From Raillietiella orientalis (Eukaryota), in NCBI GenBank assembly GCA_036172245.1, contig JAYWIR010000052.1, positions 744,001 through 808,000 on the forward strand: a DNA stretch of 64,000 bases, given 5' to 3'. A program made the translations under genes and the position numbers. Position 1 is the stretch's first letter; every line of letters begins with the position of its first letter. The notes under the pieces were generated by a model. The model searched no databases. It was not told where the DNA came from and was given only the letters and a program-made list of their open reading frames with translations. Positions 1-14,376 of this stretch are shown here, in pieces.

Positions 1-2051
1 TTTTGCATTTCACTTTTACACTGGCGCTCATTTGCTAGAAGGCTACTGATCTTAATTTCATGTTTCTAATAATCAACAGCATATCATGAATAACTGGGCA
101 AAAGCTATTGTTCGTCAAAAGTTTGTGGACATGCTTTAAACCAATGGAAAAATTCTTTGCGTATTGAACTTTCTTTCATTCTTCTTAACTACCTGGCTCA
201 ATTTCCATATTATTCAGGTTTTACAAAAAGCTAATTCACGGTTTTGGTACAATGATTCGTCATTGCTATTTAGATAAGATGCGAACTGTGTTCGGTACTA
301 AAAAACAGGAAGTATTTATCATGTCGCCTTTTTGAAAATTCCAAAACCTGCTAAAATTATGAAGGATCCCATTTAAATGCGAGAGCTACTGTAAAATGTA
401 AGCGGTTCTTGAATAAAAAAAAAAAAATCGAACATAATATACCTCCAACAACCTAATTTCGTAAGTGAATCCAAAACGGTATTCATTCGAAAATACATTT
501 CTTTATGAAAAGTGATGTTGCTTAAACAAATACGCCAAAATTACAAATAATCTTACGCCAGTAACAAAATTAGTCGAGGGCTTTAATTTATTTAGAACTC
601 CAGTTTCTTCTTCAAACGGTGCGAATTTAATAAACTACTTGATTGATGGTTCAATGGGACCTCCAAAGGCATCCGCCCAAATGGAGAACATCCAATTTCC
701 ATTGCTGAACTTACTTCAGCTCAAACGGGTCGAAGAAAATGCATCCTTAATAATGCAAAAAACAGGAGATTCGAAGATTGTAATGCCAACTGTGTGAAAT
801 TTTCGACACACGATGAATAACTTTAAAGAGCATTTAGAAAGATATGAAAAACAAAAAAAGATGATGGCAATGAGTGAATAGGATAAGAAAACTCAGAGGC
901 TGAATGCAACCTTACGGAAACTTGATGCATAGTTACGTATTCATCTCTCTCTACTAATCCATTCATTCCAACTGAAGTTTGACATTGGCGTTTTGCTTCT
1001 CTGCAAATTTTTCGCTCCAAAGTTTTCATGATGGGAAATATTCGTAGCCGAAGTAAGCACAGCCCTTCCTTTACCTTGTGCTCCGCCCCATCTTGGTCGT
1101 GATCCTTTTCCCCCTCTTTTCCATGGAATCCGGTGGAAATTCGCTGGAATTCCGTTGCAAGGTTTCCCTTTCGCTTGTAATAAATGAAAACGATAAATGC
1201 CAAGCAAATTATAATTTGCCTACTTCCACATCAGCTACATATCTCAGGAAAGATTTAACGAAAGGGGGAAGGTTTTTTTTAATCTCTCTAAGAGCGGAGT
1301 GGAAACTCCACGGATACCTTACTTCCATCAGTTGTGGTTCATTAGCCACACAGAAGTCACAATCTGCCGCAATCGACTCGTAAGGTACCAGGCAGGAGAG
1401 TTGTTTCGAGTCAGGGAAGCTGAAAGAATAGTCTTGCAAATAAAAACGGAGCGGACCACCATCGGAAGATGCAGCAGCTCGGAGCAGGGACAGATGACTA
1501 CCGGATGTGAGGCAATCTCGAGATTTCCCTAATAGCCTGCATGGCAAACAAGTGCTTGTTCATTCGACAAATGCTAAGCCAAAAGGGCATCGTGAAACTG
1601 CTGAATTATACTCTACGATTCGTACGAATCTCTATTATTCGAAGTTGATTTATCCCAATACTCCAACTTCCTGATGCTTGCACCGCTCCTCTAAAGCACC
1701 TGTTGCATCTTTTTGCCTCCTCATTTCCGAGTAAATACATTCAATTACAGCTCTCACTCGTCCGCGCCTTCATTTTAAGATTCACGGCACAGCCGAAAAA
1801 CGGTACGGAGGTGCAAAGTTGCTTAACTCGAATACATCCTCACTTGGAATCGGACTTATCAAACGATGCCAAAAACGTTCGTTCACAAATGTCCGCGGTC
1901 ACCTTAAGAGCGTTTGCGGCTACCATGGCAACCCCACGAGAGAGGGAAGTCCCACGGATCTTGCATCCGGACGCACCGATTCCACTTCGAAATTTTCCCT
2001 CATCCGAGGAAAACGGTGAAGATGATGGGATGAAATCTCTGATGAGTTCCC

Positions 2052-2090
2052 TTTGAGGTTCGACTGCGACAGTCGCAGTCGAACCTCAAA
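2052..2090. repeat. Perfect 19-bp inverted repeat with 1-nt spacer
   Basis: TTTGAGGTTCGACTGCGAC-A-GTCGCAGTCGAACCTCAAA read directly from the sequence. Confidence 0.95.
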
Positions 2091-2561
2091 ACGGCAGTCG
2101 CCGACGACTTGGCATCGCCAATTTCATGTTTGCTCTCGAATGGCAGTAATCAATGGGGAATTGCAAAGTCTCAAAAACATTGTAACCTAAAAATTCTGAT
2201 CCGAGTGCTCACGCCGTCGCATTACCTTATCAGAATGCAGCAGCCTAAGCAATGTTGAAAATGGACAATACTTAAGTTCCTGCGAGGTGAAATACATAAT
2301 TACTGTGTTTTATTTGAACACAATTAGGCTACGGAAATCTAGAATTTCCAGTTATTTTCAACTGGGTTTCAAGTTATGTGCTTCGAAAAATTTCTTTCAG
2401 ACCCGAAAGCTGCTATCGCATTACATATGCTCTCAAATAAATCGGAATCAATGGACTTCAAGATGACATGCAAGAATAAAAAACTGCTGCGATTTGCATA
2501 AGTACTTTGACCTTCCGTACAAACTTTGTTAAAATAAATTATTTATTTTTATAACCACAGT

Positions 2562-5500
2562 TCAGCCAAGGTTTTGTGCCTTTTTACTTGCTTGCTCGCA
2601 CAATAATTTGTTTCCAAACAGAAAAGTCACTGCTCCCAATGCAGACAGATACTTCAGGGTGGTAAACATGTCCAGTTTGAACCAAAACATTCCATATAAT
2701 GCAAAAATGGCTAGGCATATAACCATTAACAGAAAAAGAGAGAGAGAAAAAAAGAATTACCTGTTAGACCTAAATGAAAACCTAATGTAGATAAATGGAA
2801 ATTAAATCCTGATATGTTCACTTTCAATTTCACCCACTAAAAATTATGGTGATGATTGTTGACATGAATTAATTATGAAAGCTTACCATAAAAACAAGTA
2901 GCAGAATTGGAATCAGAACAAATGCAGCGAATGCTTGCGTTAATACAGCTGGAGGATTTTTCCTAGGTTCTTTAAACAAATGCTAGAAATGTGAAACAGT
3001 TTAATACAATTTATTGCAACAAATCTCAGTAAAATATCATTTATAATTTAAGGAGCTTTTAGCATATTACATGTGAAAATTCAATATAAAAATATTTGTG
3101 CATTTGATAAGAATGTGGTACAGTACATAAGGCACAAAAGTAAACTTACTTTAATTTCAGGTTTTGGCTGAAATGGTGACACAGCAGGCACATGTGCTTT
3201 CTGGGTCAATTCACCAAAATTAATCCTGATATCAGCAATTTCCCACGAGAATGAATTCTGTATAAATGGATCTCCTACTAAAAGTTCAAAACTATAAATC
3301 CCTGATAGAGACTGGAATTCTTTTGTTCTAGAATTCAAGTCCTGAAATCATAGACTATTATCAAAAAATGCATGATGCAATGCAATTTCATACCAAATCA
3401 AATTTATACTTGTTAGTTGCATCCGATTCAGCTATAAAAATAACCTCACGTTTACTGCTTGTATGGCAAAATCGAAGGAATGTTTGGTGTACTTTTACAG
3501 GCACATTTGAAATGCTGTTTAGCAAAGTAAATTTCAATGAAAGCTTTTGATGATAATCCAAGTCAAGAATTTCTTTGAGTTTAGAATACTGAACCAACCT
3601 GAAAACAAGAAATGTATTGCTTTCATTTTTAAGGCAATGGAAGCAAAGGTGATTTAGCACCACCCTTTCTTCAGCATTTCAAATTTCATCCAGAATTATC
3701 AGAAGAACGAAAGTTTAACATACATCATAAGAAATTATTAAACTGATTGAAAAGAATTTTTCTTACTGTTTCATTTTTGGAAGACTAGCTTGATCTAAAT
3801 CAATTACACCTAATTCAGTGGATGAAAGAGAAACTGGTACCACCACCTTTACAGGAATTGGTACATTATTGCAACCAATAAGTACTGGGCTCTTTTCATT
3901 ACTCGTTAAAGAAATTATTGCATCATAAAATGCAGGCTCAAAGGTCTCTTGGTAAAGCCTTGTTCTGAATAACATTCTGGAAAGCATTGCCTCAACTGTA
4001 ACTCATTTTAATGTCATGCAAAAGGATCTTATGGCATGGAAGGGATTTAAAAGCAATATGCACAATATTCAAATAAGACTACTTGAAAAAAACCTTACTT
4101 TACAGTCATCATATAGTGCATATTTAAATGAGAGAACGCAAGTTGTAAGTTACAGTAACCAAATCGCTTAATTAAAACATTTTAATGCTAACAATTGGAC
4201 ATTCCGAAATGCTGATATTTTACTTTTGGTGAACTTCCATATTTGATTTAACTTTTTTGTCATAACAAGGGGCAGAACATAAAAAATTAAATCATATATT
4301 AACAAATACTTATATTTTAAGAGAACACATGACTTTAGACAATGCAAAAAATTTCAACCAAGTCTTTAATTGATCATAACTTAAATGAACTAAAGGGAAA
4401 CAAGGTTTGCTTTTCACAACTCATGCAAACTGATTGGGATGCCTGTAAGATTTAAAAGTTGCATAAGCAAAAGAAATAAAAACAAAATAAAATAATATCC
4501 TGATATAAGATTATAAATAAAATAATATATCCTGTGTACTAATTATTCATAAAATCATTTAAAAGAATATAGCAGCATTATTTGCTTTATGCAGGTCCCA
4601 TTTGCAAACCTTTATAACTGAGTTTTAAATCAATTCGAATGGCATGCAGAATGAACAGAACAGAACTTTTAGAATGCACACAATGTCATATAAAAATAAT
4701 GAAAATAAACTATTAGGCCTTGAAAGAGAAGTACAGTATACAGCAGACAGACTAAAATTTACAGATAATTTTTTTTTAATTGTAATTGCATTGTAGAACT
4801 TGGGGTTTAAGCCATAGCTAAAACAGAATGAAACATTCCTTAGAATCACTCTTACCTATCAGAATCACTAACGGAAAAAGAAATATTGTTAAACTGCTGT
4901 GATGAAAGCTTATTAACCTTTACCAAAGTCACTTGCAATGACTTATAAGGTAAAGCATGGCCAAACACATCAGATACCCGAATAATTAAATCTGGCTGAG
5001 ATTTGGATACCTCTGCAGAGCTAACAACATTTATAGCTCCTGGAAGATGAAACTAAAAGACACATACGCAATCCTTATGGCACAAAGTACACCATAAACA
5101 GTAAACACAAATGTTAAATACTAAAGTATGACATAGCTAATATATTCATATTTATGGCAACTTAAGAAGCTTGCTTACACTAAAAAACAAAATAGAAATC
5201 ATTGCTTTCAAGCTAAGTAGAAAAACTTTGAGAAATGAGGTGGAAAAAAAAATAATTTCATGAAATCTAGTGAAACATAAAAGATGTTTCATAAAGCTAT
5301 AGTATTTTGAGAATGGAAAACAATCTTATGCATGTATGTACAACATGACGATGTGTTATGATGTCAACACATTCACAACACATCCTTGGCCATTTGTATG
5401 CTAACAAATAACTCTAATTCAAACTATCACACAACAAGCAATTCTATGAAGACCACAATTGAGACAGACATAATTTAAAAACTCAAGCCTTCAGGTTCAT

Positions 5501-8500
5501 GCTATTACCTTATTATAAGTTTGTGCTTTCAATGCTTCCAAGAGATAATATGCTCCCCGAACTGTATTTACAGATTTTCTACTCAAAAAATAATTTACAA
5601 ACTTCACAATGTGGTCTTCTGATAACTGTGGAGGCAAACCAGATGCTCCTGACAATGAATAAATTCCAGATATAATAAGACCTGAAAGAAATATAGAAAA
5701 TTTACAGTTAAATATAATTTTAATGCCATGGATCTTGATACATCTCTGAACTACATATCTCTTAAAAACTAGTCAAATGATACCCTCGACAATTTGCGAG
5801 TTTAACACAAAAACAAAATAGTTAATCAGTACATCGGGAAGTATATGTTACAATGAATGTAACAAACATTTCAAAAGGATAATGGAAATATTCACCACTG
5901 TTTGATAAAATTTTAAGAACTGCATAGATCATAAATGCAAATTGCATGGTACATGCTGAGAATACGTACATAAAATAGGTACTGCAAGTTACAACAGGAA
6001 TTCATGAATGTGACCTAAATGGGACAATGATCCACAATATAAGTTAAAGCATTTAGTGTGCATTACGGGAATATTCGGGAATGAAAAGTTCCAATTTCAT
6101 ATTCCTACTTTCTTCACTTAAATCTAATATTCCCAATAAAACTTATAATAACTAACTTTTTGCTTGCAGTTTTCTCCCTTTGTGTTAACAGAATAACATT
6201 AAATGGACATCAAGTTATACATGCATATACTGTGTTGATCAAGAATTACAGGCACCTAATCATTGAAAATAAAAAATTACTGCTACTCTAATATTAACTG
6301 ATCCCATGTCTAAGTCTAATGATCACCAATTTCTGCTAAGCAAACATAATCATAAAAGTTATTGCATTTGCACTTCAAAAACATGAACAATTCATTTGAA
6401 AAGTTTCACAGCTTTTAATGTTCGCAATGCCTCCTTCACAGTGGGAAGTAAGCAGTGTAACATGACAGAAACCTTATGTTGTACAGTTCCAACCAGTTAC
6501 CAAAGGAAGCAGTTTACATTTTAACATTTGCAAATGTGTAATGTTTACTGCAGCCAAATTAATGTAGCTCTTTCAAACTGTTTATCTTTTGATTCAGTGA
6601 AACTTTTTGAAATTGATGGACAGTAAACTTCATTTTTCCAGTGAATTCCAACAAAATTAAGCTCAGGGAATGAGATATGTATTAAACATATAAAACTACA
6701 AAACTCAACTGTTATAACGAATGCTTGATTCACTTTTGCTTATTTTGCTACATTCATTTCCTAGCTCATGGAAACTGATTTTAGGTTAATTTTTAATCAA
6801 CAATTTACACAGTTTTGGCTGAAAATAGTGTCAACAATACATTAGAAACAAAAACTTGCTAGAATTGCTCGTAATGTGCTAAAAGCAAAACAAAACAAAA
6901 CAAAAAAGAAAGCCTTGCTATCATACCACACAAAATCTGATCACCAAAATTTCCGAAAAAAATAAAAAATATAATTTGAGGAAACAAAAACAAAAAAAAA
7001 AACAAATTACAAAGTTTTGCAAATATCACCTGAAACAAACAGTCCACCTTCAAACTGGAGATACTTTTTATCAATTTCATCAGCTTGATTAATCGTATTC
7101 TCTATATGACCATGTAAGTTTTCTTTAAATTTTTGGTTATTTAATAAACTCCCCAAATGGAAAGCATATCCTAGACTACACAAAAATCTCAATTTTTGAA
7201 ATAACAGATAACTTACTCCATTGGACTTTTATTTTCTCTAAAAACTGTTTGGATATTTTCAAAAACAAAGGTTTCATTAAAAGTATAATTATAATGCTTA
7301 AGAAGAAGAATGCTAAAATACAACTGTGATATTGCATGACTGTCTTGAACATTTTGCTTGAGAATTTGGAACTAAAATAATAAGAAAATATTATTCATTC
7401 ACAAACAGAACAACACTGCAATTCTTATGCCTACCTACAATAAAAGAATTAAAACAAAGCAAAAAATTCTTAAAAAACTATTACAAAGCTTGACTAAATA
7501 CAAAGATTTTTCTTTAAATATACAACATACTATGCCCCATAGTACAGTCAAATGTTTTCATACATAGTAATCTTTTAATATTGAATCTAATGAGTCAACA
7601 TTAAATGTGAAACAAGTTTGGTAAGTTACAAACTATTCACTTATTGATAATATTTTTATTCTCTCATATAGTGCATTTTCATATTTCAGGACTGCAATCT
7701 TCCATTTCCAAATGCACAAAATCACAGTCTTCAACAAATTTTTAATTAAATGCACAAAGATCAATACACTATAAAAGCATTTGAAAACAAAACACATGCA
7801 AGAAACACAAATCTTTGCCTGAAAAGGATTAGTAATTACCTCAAAAATATGGAAGCACTTATGATTACACAAATTGCTGCTCAATGGCTTTGAAAAGCAT
7901 TGGCTTCAAAAAGAAGAGCACATTTAGATCTCAAAATTAAAATAAGTTTGTAAAATATCTTCCAACCAGTATCAAGACCATAATTTCATTGTCAGGCAAA
8001 GCAGAACAAAGAAAAACAAGGAAACAAGACCAAGGAATAAACAGGATACTGCAGCTTGCAGATAATGGTACGAGTTCCTAAGCATAAAAAGCATGAGTTC
8101 TTTAGAGACAGTAAATATTTCAACATCAATGAACCAATTTTCTATTACTCATACCATAAAATGATAAACGTGAAATTAAAGTTCAAAGGATAAAATAATA
8201 ACCTTGTTTCAATTAATGTAGGTAATTCAATTACCGATTCTAAGATGGACACAGTGTCCCTTAAAACATTACCAAAATTAATGCTCATATTAAATACACT
8301 ATTCTAAAGTCAATTATGAAGCAACTGTGTTCTTTCAATAATAGGCAATCACCACTGAACTCCTTGTGCCCTACAGACACAAACTTACTCGATGAACCCG
8401 CGAAATTTAAAATGATAATTAACTTGCAACTTTAAATTAACACTTACTCTGCTTTAACAACCTCTACCATGAAAGACCACATTAAAATTAATGCCACAAC

Positions 8501-9160
8501 CAGAAAACATTTTCTTAAATAGAGGCAGAACATTTAATAATAGTGGTTCACGACCAACACACAGCATAAGCACTTGTAGTTTTCAATCCACTTAATTAAC
8601 GCAAAAAATCCATAAATTACAAACCTCGGGATCCTGGGCAGAAATGTCACAATTGTCTAGTTCTAAAGCACCACCATACACATAGTACATCTTTTCAACG
8701 TTCCCAGAATGTTTAAAGCCTTTTAAACTCTCACATGCCTGGAAAAATAGGTTCATTTATGAAGTCAATTACACTTAAAAATAAAAATCAAATTCGAATA
8801 AACTACTTAGCAGGCTTAAATTTACATATTGCAATCCCGCAACATGCATCTAAAATCTCGTATACATCGCAAGTACAAATGTACCTTTTGATGATCAAAT
8901 GCAGCATCAAAAAGCTTTACTCCCTTGATAGCAAAATGAACTGATAGTTCATTATCTGATGTCAAACCATTTTCGAAAAGTGCTAGCAATCTTTCGTTGT
9001 CTTTAACACTGAGTGGAGATATGGAAACAACAATTTCCAGCAAACTGACCAAAAGTATGCCATCTACAAATACAAATGGGATTTTAGCAAACGGCCGATG
9101 AGAAGAACAGAAATATTGTCTTTAACTATAAGGGAAAATTTATTTACCTAAAACAATCAT
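2562..9160 (-). CDS. RPN2: Ribophorin II (oligosaccharyltransferase subunit delta / Swp1 homologue), 13 exons, 634 aa
   Basis: Hand-spliced GT-AG exons 9148-9160, 8885-9063, 8625-8738, 7217-7371, 7030-7175, 5509-5681, 4856-5052, 3767-3976, 3394-3598, 3150-3341, 2887-2982, 2761-2836, 2562-2710 sum to 1905 nt with consistent phases. Signal-peptide-like start MIVLDGILLVSLLEIVVS. Recognisable RPN2 motifs: QADEIDKKYLQFEGGL, VHQTFLRF...EVIFIAE, SGIYSFELLVGD, PKPEIKHLFKEPRKNPP, and three C-terminal TM segments ending LDMFTTLKYLSALGAVTFLFGNKLL. Confidence 0.95.
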
Positions 9161-12100
9161 TGTTTTTATCATATGACTAGTGCTTTCAATATTGATGATG
9201 AACTTTTTTACGATTCACTTTTCTGCATCATGAAACATAATTTCGCCGATGAGGCAGCCGGTCTTCGCAGTTTCCACCTACGTCAACTGCAACACATGAA
9301 TCAGGAAGTAAATTGTAAGAATACCAAAACGTAAATTTTTCAACACAGTTTCCAAATTTTAAATACTATGCAATTTTGTCAAACCTTGATAGAAAGTAGA
9401 TTTGAAACTTTCAATTCAACCTTCACAAATCACATCTCGAATGAAACCAACCGTGCTTTGGAAATAAATAAATTTAGCTAATTTAATAAGTTTTGGGGAA
9501 TCTTGGATGAAGTCTGAAGAAGAAAAAAACATTATGATTCACAAAATATCAATTGTGCTTGTCTAATTAACTTGCAGTATTCAACTCCAAGGGCACATAC
9601 GCTCAAGAAGATAGTGTTTGAAGATAAATGTCTGATCTACAATTGTGGCGAAGGTTAAATCGAGAATTTCATCTACTGAGTAACATGAAATTTATGTATT
9701 GCGCTCTATTAAACTTCCGAACTGACCATAATTTTATGCAATAAAAAGTCTCTCACATCTCCATTTTCATATCATTCAGAATCGCTAATGAAGATATGTC
9801 ACTTTGATTGTATAATTAGGTGATTATATATATGCAAATAATCTTTAGAATTCTTTATCCATGAAAATTCTGGTTTACATTTGAGGTACCTTCTGTTCAA
9901 TTCCGGTATGTATTACTGAAGTTATCTAGGAACCCTATCCACATGTAATTTTTAAACCTCGGATGGATGCTGTCTTTTGAGTGATCTCAGTATCGTAGAT
10001 TAGTAAATTCCCTGATTGTATCGTGTTTACAGGTGTAATCTTGTTTCAGCTGCCTGCATACTCTATAATTTCTTTCCTACCATTTATTATTAAGTCGTTT
10101 CGATAAACTTAAAACAGATGACTAGCTTTGTTCTTTTATTCCTGTGTTGTCTGTTAATGGTAAGTGATATTGCACATGAAATCATCAATAGATGGGGAAA
10201 AACTTCCCATGACTAAACTGGTAGCTAAACAGAAGGATTACGCTAATTTTAAGTTGTTTGTCGAAGTTGAATTAGTGTCAAACAAAGACAAGGCAACGGA
10301 ACCAAGTTCTTTAATTAATGATGCAAACCTAGAGTTTAAATTGGAACTGCACAAAAAACGCAAAGTGGACCAAAGCTTATGTATCCAGGAGAATCAAAAA
10401 CACACATACGTCCATAAACCCATGAGATGAGAAAAATTGAGTTTATGATCTCTTAATTACAAAGACTGTATTTAACTTAATCAAGTACACCAAGCATTTT
10501 ATAAATATGTGATAGAAACGAAGCAATGACTTGTTTATAGGACACATCAATGATTACATACATATTTTGCATTTGCATTCGAGGCTGAATTGGTTTATCT
10601 AAGAGGAATGTCATATTTATATTTCATTAAGGAATTCTTATCAAAAAATTAAAGCTTCCTCATTTTGAACATTATTCACCCCCTCTGACTTGAAGAAATA
10701 GTCACCCCTCATCTTGTTAAATTCTATGATTCATTGGGTCATGTATTTCTTATTACTTTGATGTAAAAATCCTATGCATTTAAGTCTGAAGAAGGTTTAG
10801 AAATTTAGAGTAGACTGTTTTAGTTTTTTTTTCTGGAAGACATATAATGATGCTTCCCCCAAGAAGGAGTTTTGCATGTTAACGTATTGAGTGTTATACC
10901 TCTGATCTAGGAAATCAATTATAAAGATCTCTCTATGATGAGAACTAATAGTACAAATTAAATTTGGATAAATTATATTACTTCTCGCAAAATAAATCCC
11001 TTTTCAATTATCAACAGAGGTTATTATAGAATTAAAACGATCGAGCAACTTCATCGAATGATCAAATCGTGAATCAAAAATGGTATGAGATTACAAAAAA
11101 AATACATTAATGACATTTTTTTTTTCTTTCAAATAAGCGAGCAATATGCGACCAAATGATACTAAAGACTTTAATATTGAAAAGCCCTGATAAAAGAATT
11201 TCAGCTGAAGTCTTGTAGCTGCAGACGAATCTCTATTTCTAAATACGAAAGATAATTCTCTCGAATAAGATAGCCATAATTCACTTACAGTTCATAGTAC
11301 CGGATTCAAATTACACTTGTTTTAATTATAACATTAATTTGTGTCCTTGTAAAATCTAAGTGTGTCCGTAATAACTGCGAGTTAATTTCTTCACATGAGG
11401 ATCATTCAGAACACAACTCCTATTCTACAAAGTACCTATATGGGTATGCAGCATTAGAAACTCTTGCTCCTATCTGAATACTACCTGCTTACTCTTTACA
11501 GAGCATTCAAGGATTTACCGGAGCCAGCTGCATTATGAAATAAATTGCATGTTGCTCGCAACATCAACTCCCGCAGCATACCAACTCCAACAACGTTGCA
11601 TTTCCTTTCCGGACTGAAATTTATTTAATGTATTCCGATAGAAGACACTTTAGAGGTCCAAAACGATAGTTATTTGGTGAGAGGACTGCTAGTTTACAAG
11701 CGGTTCTTTAATTGCTCTAGTGCCACTAGGAGGTGTGTGCCGATACTGCCATGCTATGAACAGGTCTGTCTGCAAAGGGGTCATGCAAGCAACTTGATCT
11801 GTTTTCGTGCCTTGACTAACAGAAACCTGACATGTGGATCGAGATTTCGTTTCTGTAGAAACCTTCCTCCATGAGTGCTTAACAAGTTATAGTTATGGAT
11901 TACGTGCAACATTTGTAGCATGTGTATCTCAACTGTGCTTGCATTTCTTTTGCAGAAAATCAGCACATACCAAAAAAGAAGGCACTCATGGTTTAAAAGT
12001 GTTTTACTGAAAAACTGCTCCTTCCTAGTGAACTTTTCTTTGTGGTTTGGTAAATTCACTTCAAGCCGACAATGAATAATATCATATACGGCGTTAGGAA

Positions 12101-12469
12101 ATCAGATTTGTATGATACTGCTGTGTTTTCATTTTTAGAATAAAAACAAAAAAGATGCCCCTTCATTCCTTCTGATTTTGTTTGTGTATCTTGTTTTTCC
12201 TTTTCGTTTTGCTTTATGTGCTCTATGATGAAGGATTCTGCGCATTTACTCTGCATTCTGAACTGAAAATCAAAGATACCACCGTTGGCAACCTTGGTGC
12301 AAAGTGGGATGAAAGGTTCTCAAGCATCTGTCTCCAAATTTCCCTAAAAACTAAGCTTTATTTGATGTTTTCTTGTTATCCAACACATTTCAACTAATTC
12401 TTGCAGAATCCAAAATTATATTACGAGCTGCAACTTTGCCGTGTGAGCTTCCACGCTATGCGTGCCCTG

Positions 12470-12606
12470 CGCCCAATGAGCATGAAGGATGAAAAATGAT
12501 CCGTGCGCTTCCCGCCGAAAAATCAGCTGACCAGCTGGCGCGAAGTTTGCTGCTGCTACTCGTGACGGGGCTCATGGTGATGCTGCGTGCTTGGAGATTG
12601 ATTTAG
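12470..12606 (+). promoter_or_regulatory. Putative Cdc6 proximal promoter: CCAAT box, E2F-like sites, and an AG acceptor just upstream of the ATG
   Basis: Small CpG-rich patch in AT-rich DNA. CCAAT near 12473; TTCCCGCC at 12509-12516; GGCGCGAA (reverse complement TTCGCGCC) at 12537-12544; ATTTAG at 12601-12606, about 30 nt before the ATG. Cdc6 is a canonical E2F target in animals. Confidence 0.5.
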
Positions 12607-12636
12607 CTATTCCGAGCCCATAAGCCGATATTCATA

Positions 12637-14376
12637 ATGCCAATTCAGAAACGACTAAATGCTATAATAAGAAGGAAAAGGAAGAATTGCGCAAGCAAAG
12701 GTGCAGTTTTCAACGAAAATCACAATGATATTGATGCCTCTCAAGATTGTAGTCCCGCAAAACGTTTCCTGGATGCAAATGGTAGGTGATTTCATTTCAC
12801 GTTTGTAAAATGCTACAAGCAGCATTTCATTTTTCAAGCAGTTTCCATGCACCAGAAAGCGCGCGAGTGCTTAAATGTTTCGATTCCTGACAAAATACTA
12901 TGCCGAGATAAAGAACTTCAGACAATTAAAAATTTTATTGACGAGCATTTCAAAGCGAATACGGGGGGGATTTTATACGTATCTGGACCTCCAGGTACAG
13001 GAAAAACAGCAGTTACTCTGAAAATTTTGGAAATGTTAGAGGTAAGATGTCCATAATGTGAGTTTGATGACTGTATACAAATATGAAGGAAAAGAAGGAG
13101 ATGAAGACAATGTTTATAAATTGCATGCATATCAGAAATCCCAATCAGATTTTTGAGAAAATAGAAACTGAATTCAAATCAAGTAATAAAAGAAATCATG
13201 AAAAAGATGTGCTAACTTGGTTGCAGAAGCGATTTACAAAAAAAGATTTCACGTAAGTTAATATGCATTTTTATAGTCAGTTATAATGGTCTGTTTATTG
13301 TAGTTTACTGGTATTGGATGAAATAGATCAACTCGCTTCAAAAAACCATGTATTATGTTCACTTTGTGAGCTCACAACGTTGCCTAATTCAAAACTGATA
13401 TTGATAGGAATAGCAAATGCTTTAGATCTAACTGGCTGTATTCTGTCACCTCTACAAGTGAAAACTTTCAAACCACAGTTGATGCACTTTCCCTCTTATA
13501 CAAGAAATGACATTTGTAAGATCATCAATGACAGATTATCAGCAGTAAGTACTGAGTCAGATGTATAGCTTCAGCATGACTAAATCTACCATCTATTGCA
13601 TGGAATTTTCGTTTTCGTTTCAGATACCTAACTGTGAACAACTTATCAAACCTACTGCCGTACAGTACATTGCAAGCAAAATATCTTCTGTGACAGGTGA
13701 TCTGCGTCGAGCTTTAGATATCTGTTGCAGAGCTATTCTAATTGCAGAGCACAATGCAAAACATGTAAAGATTCTTCAGGCACATGGTGAGCATGCTTAT
13801 AATTTTGTTCCTGAAAAATTATGTTGATTTTCGTACAGATCACAACGTAAACCTGTCTGAAGCAAGTCTAGTCAAACCTATTGATGTTCCATTTATTGCA
13901 TCAGTCTTTGAAGATACTGATCGAAACATTGGAATTCATTCATTAAACAATATGCCTATTGTACATAAAGCTGCCCTAGCAGTTCTATTACTGTTGACTA
14001 GAAAAGAAAAACAAAAGGAAATTACAATCTTGAGGGTAAGTAATTAAGACATAAGTTACTAGTTGTAGGGTTTAAAAATTTCAATCAACCTGAGTTCAAC
14101 TTTTTTAGTGGCAAGAATTTTATCAGCAGATGAGCAAACAAAAAAGACTTCCCCATGTTTCTTATGGAGAATTTTCCAGTATTTGCTTGCTAATGGAAGA
14201 TAGGGGAATCATATCAATCAAAAAAGGCAAAGAAATAAAAATGAGCAAGGTATTTTCAAGAACAAGCATATGATGTCAGACACATTATTTTCTAGGTATC
14301 TATGAAATTTAATGAAGAAGAAGTGTCAGCAATTTTGAAAGATGAACATTTATTATCGTCAATACTTGCAGAATAA
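12637..14376 (+). CDS. cdc6: Cell division control protein 6 (AAA+ replication licensing ATPase), 8 exons, 444 aa
   Basis: Exons 12637-12781, 12839-13041, 13089-13252, 13304-13544, 13624-13786, 13839-14035, 14109-14249, 14296-14376 sum to 1335 nt in frame. Walker A LYVSGPPGTGKT, INCM, Walker B LVLDEIDQL, sensor-1 IGIANALDLT, FPSYT, sensor-2 GDLRRALDIC, C-terminal winged helix (CLLMEDRGII). Short N-terminus with no BAH domain, so Cdc6 rather than Orc1. Confidence 0.93.

Noticed and set aside
1..2050. Possible exons of a neighbouring gene (e.g. ORF 1209..1547 minus; 219-335 plus)
   Set aside because: Splice-like signals exist, but I could not build a consistent model or recognise a product.
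10164..10430. 88-aa ORF between RPN2 and cdc6
   Set aside because: No recognisable motif and no linked exons; may be chance.
12637..14376. Alternative call as Orc1
   Set aside because: No BAH domain or long N-terminus, and the motif spacing and C-terminus fit Cdc6.
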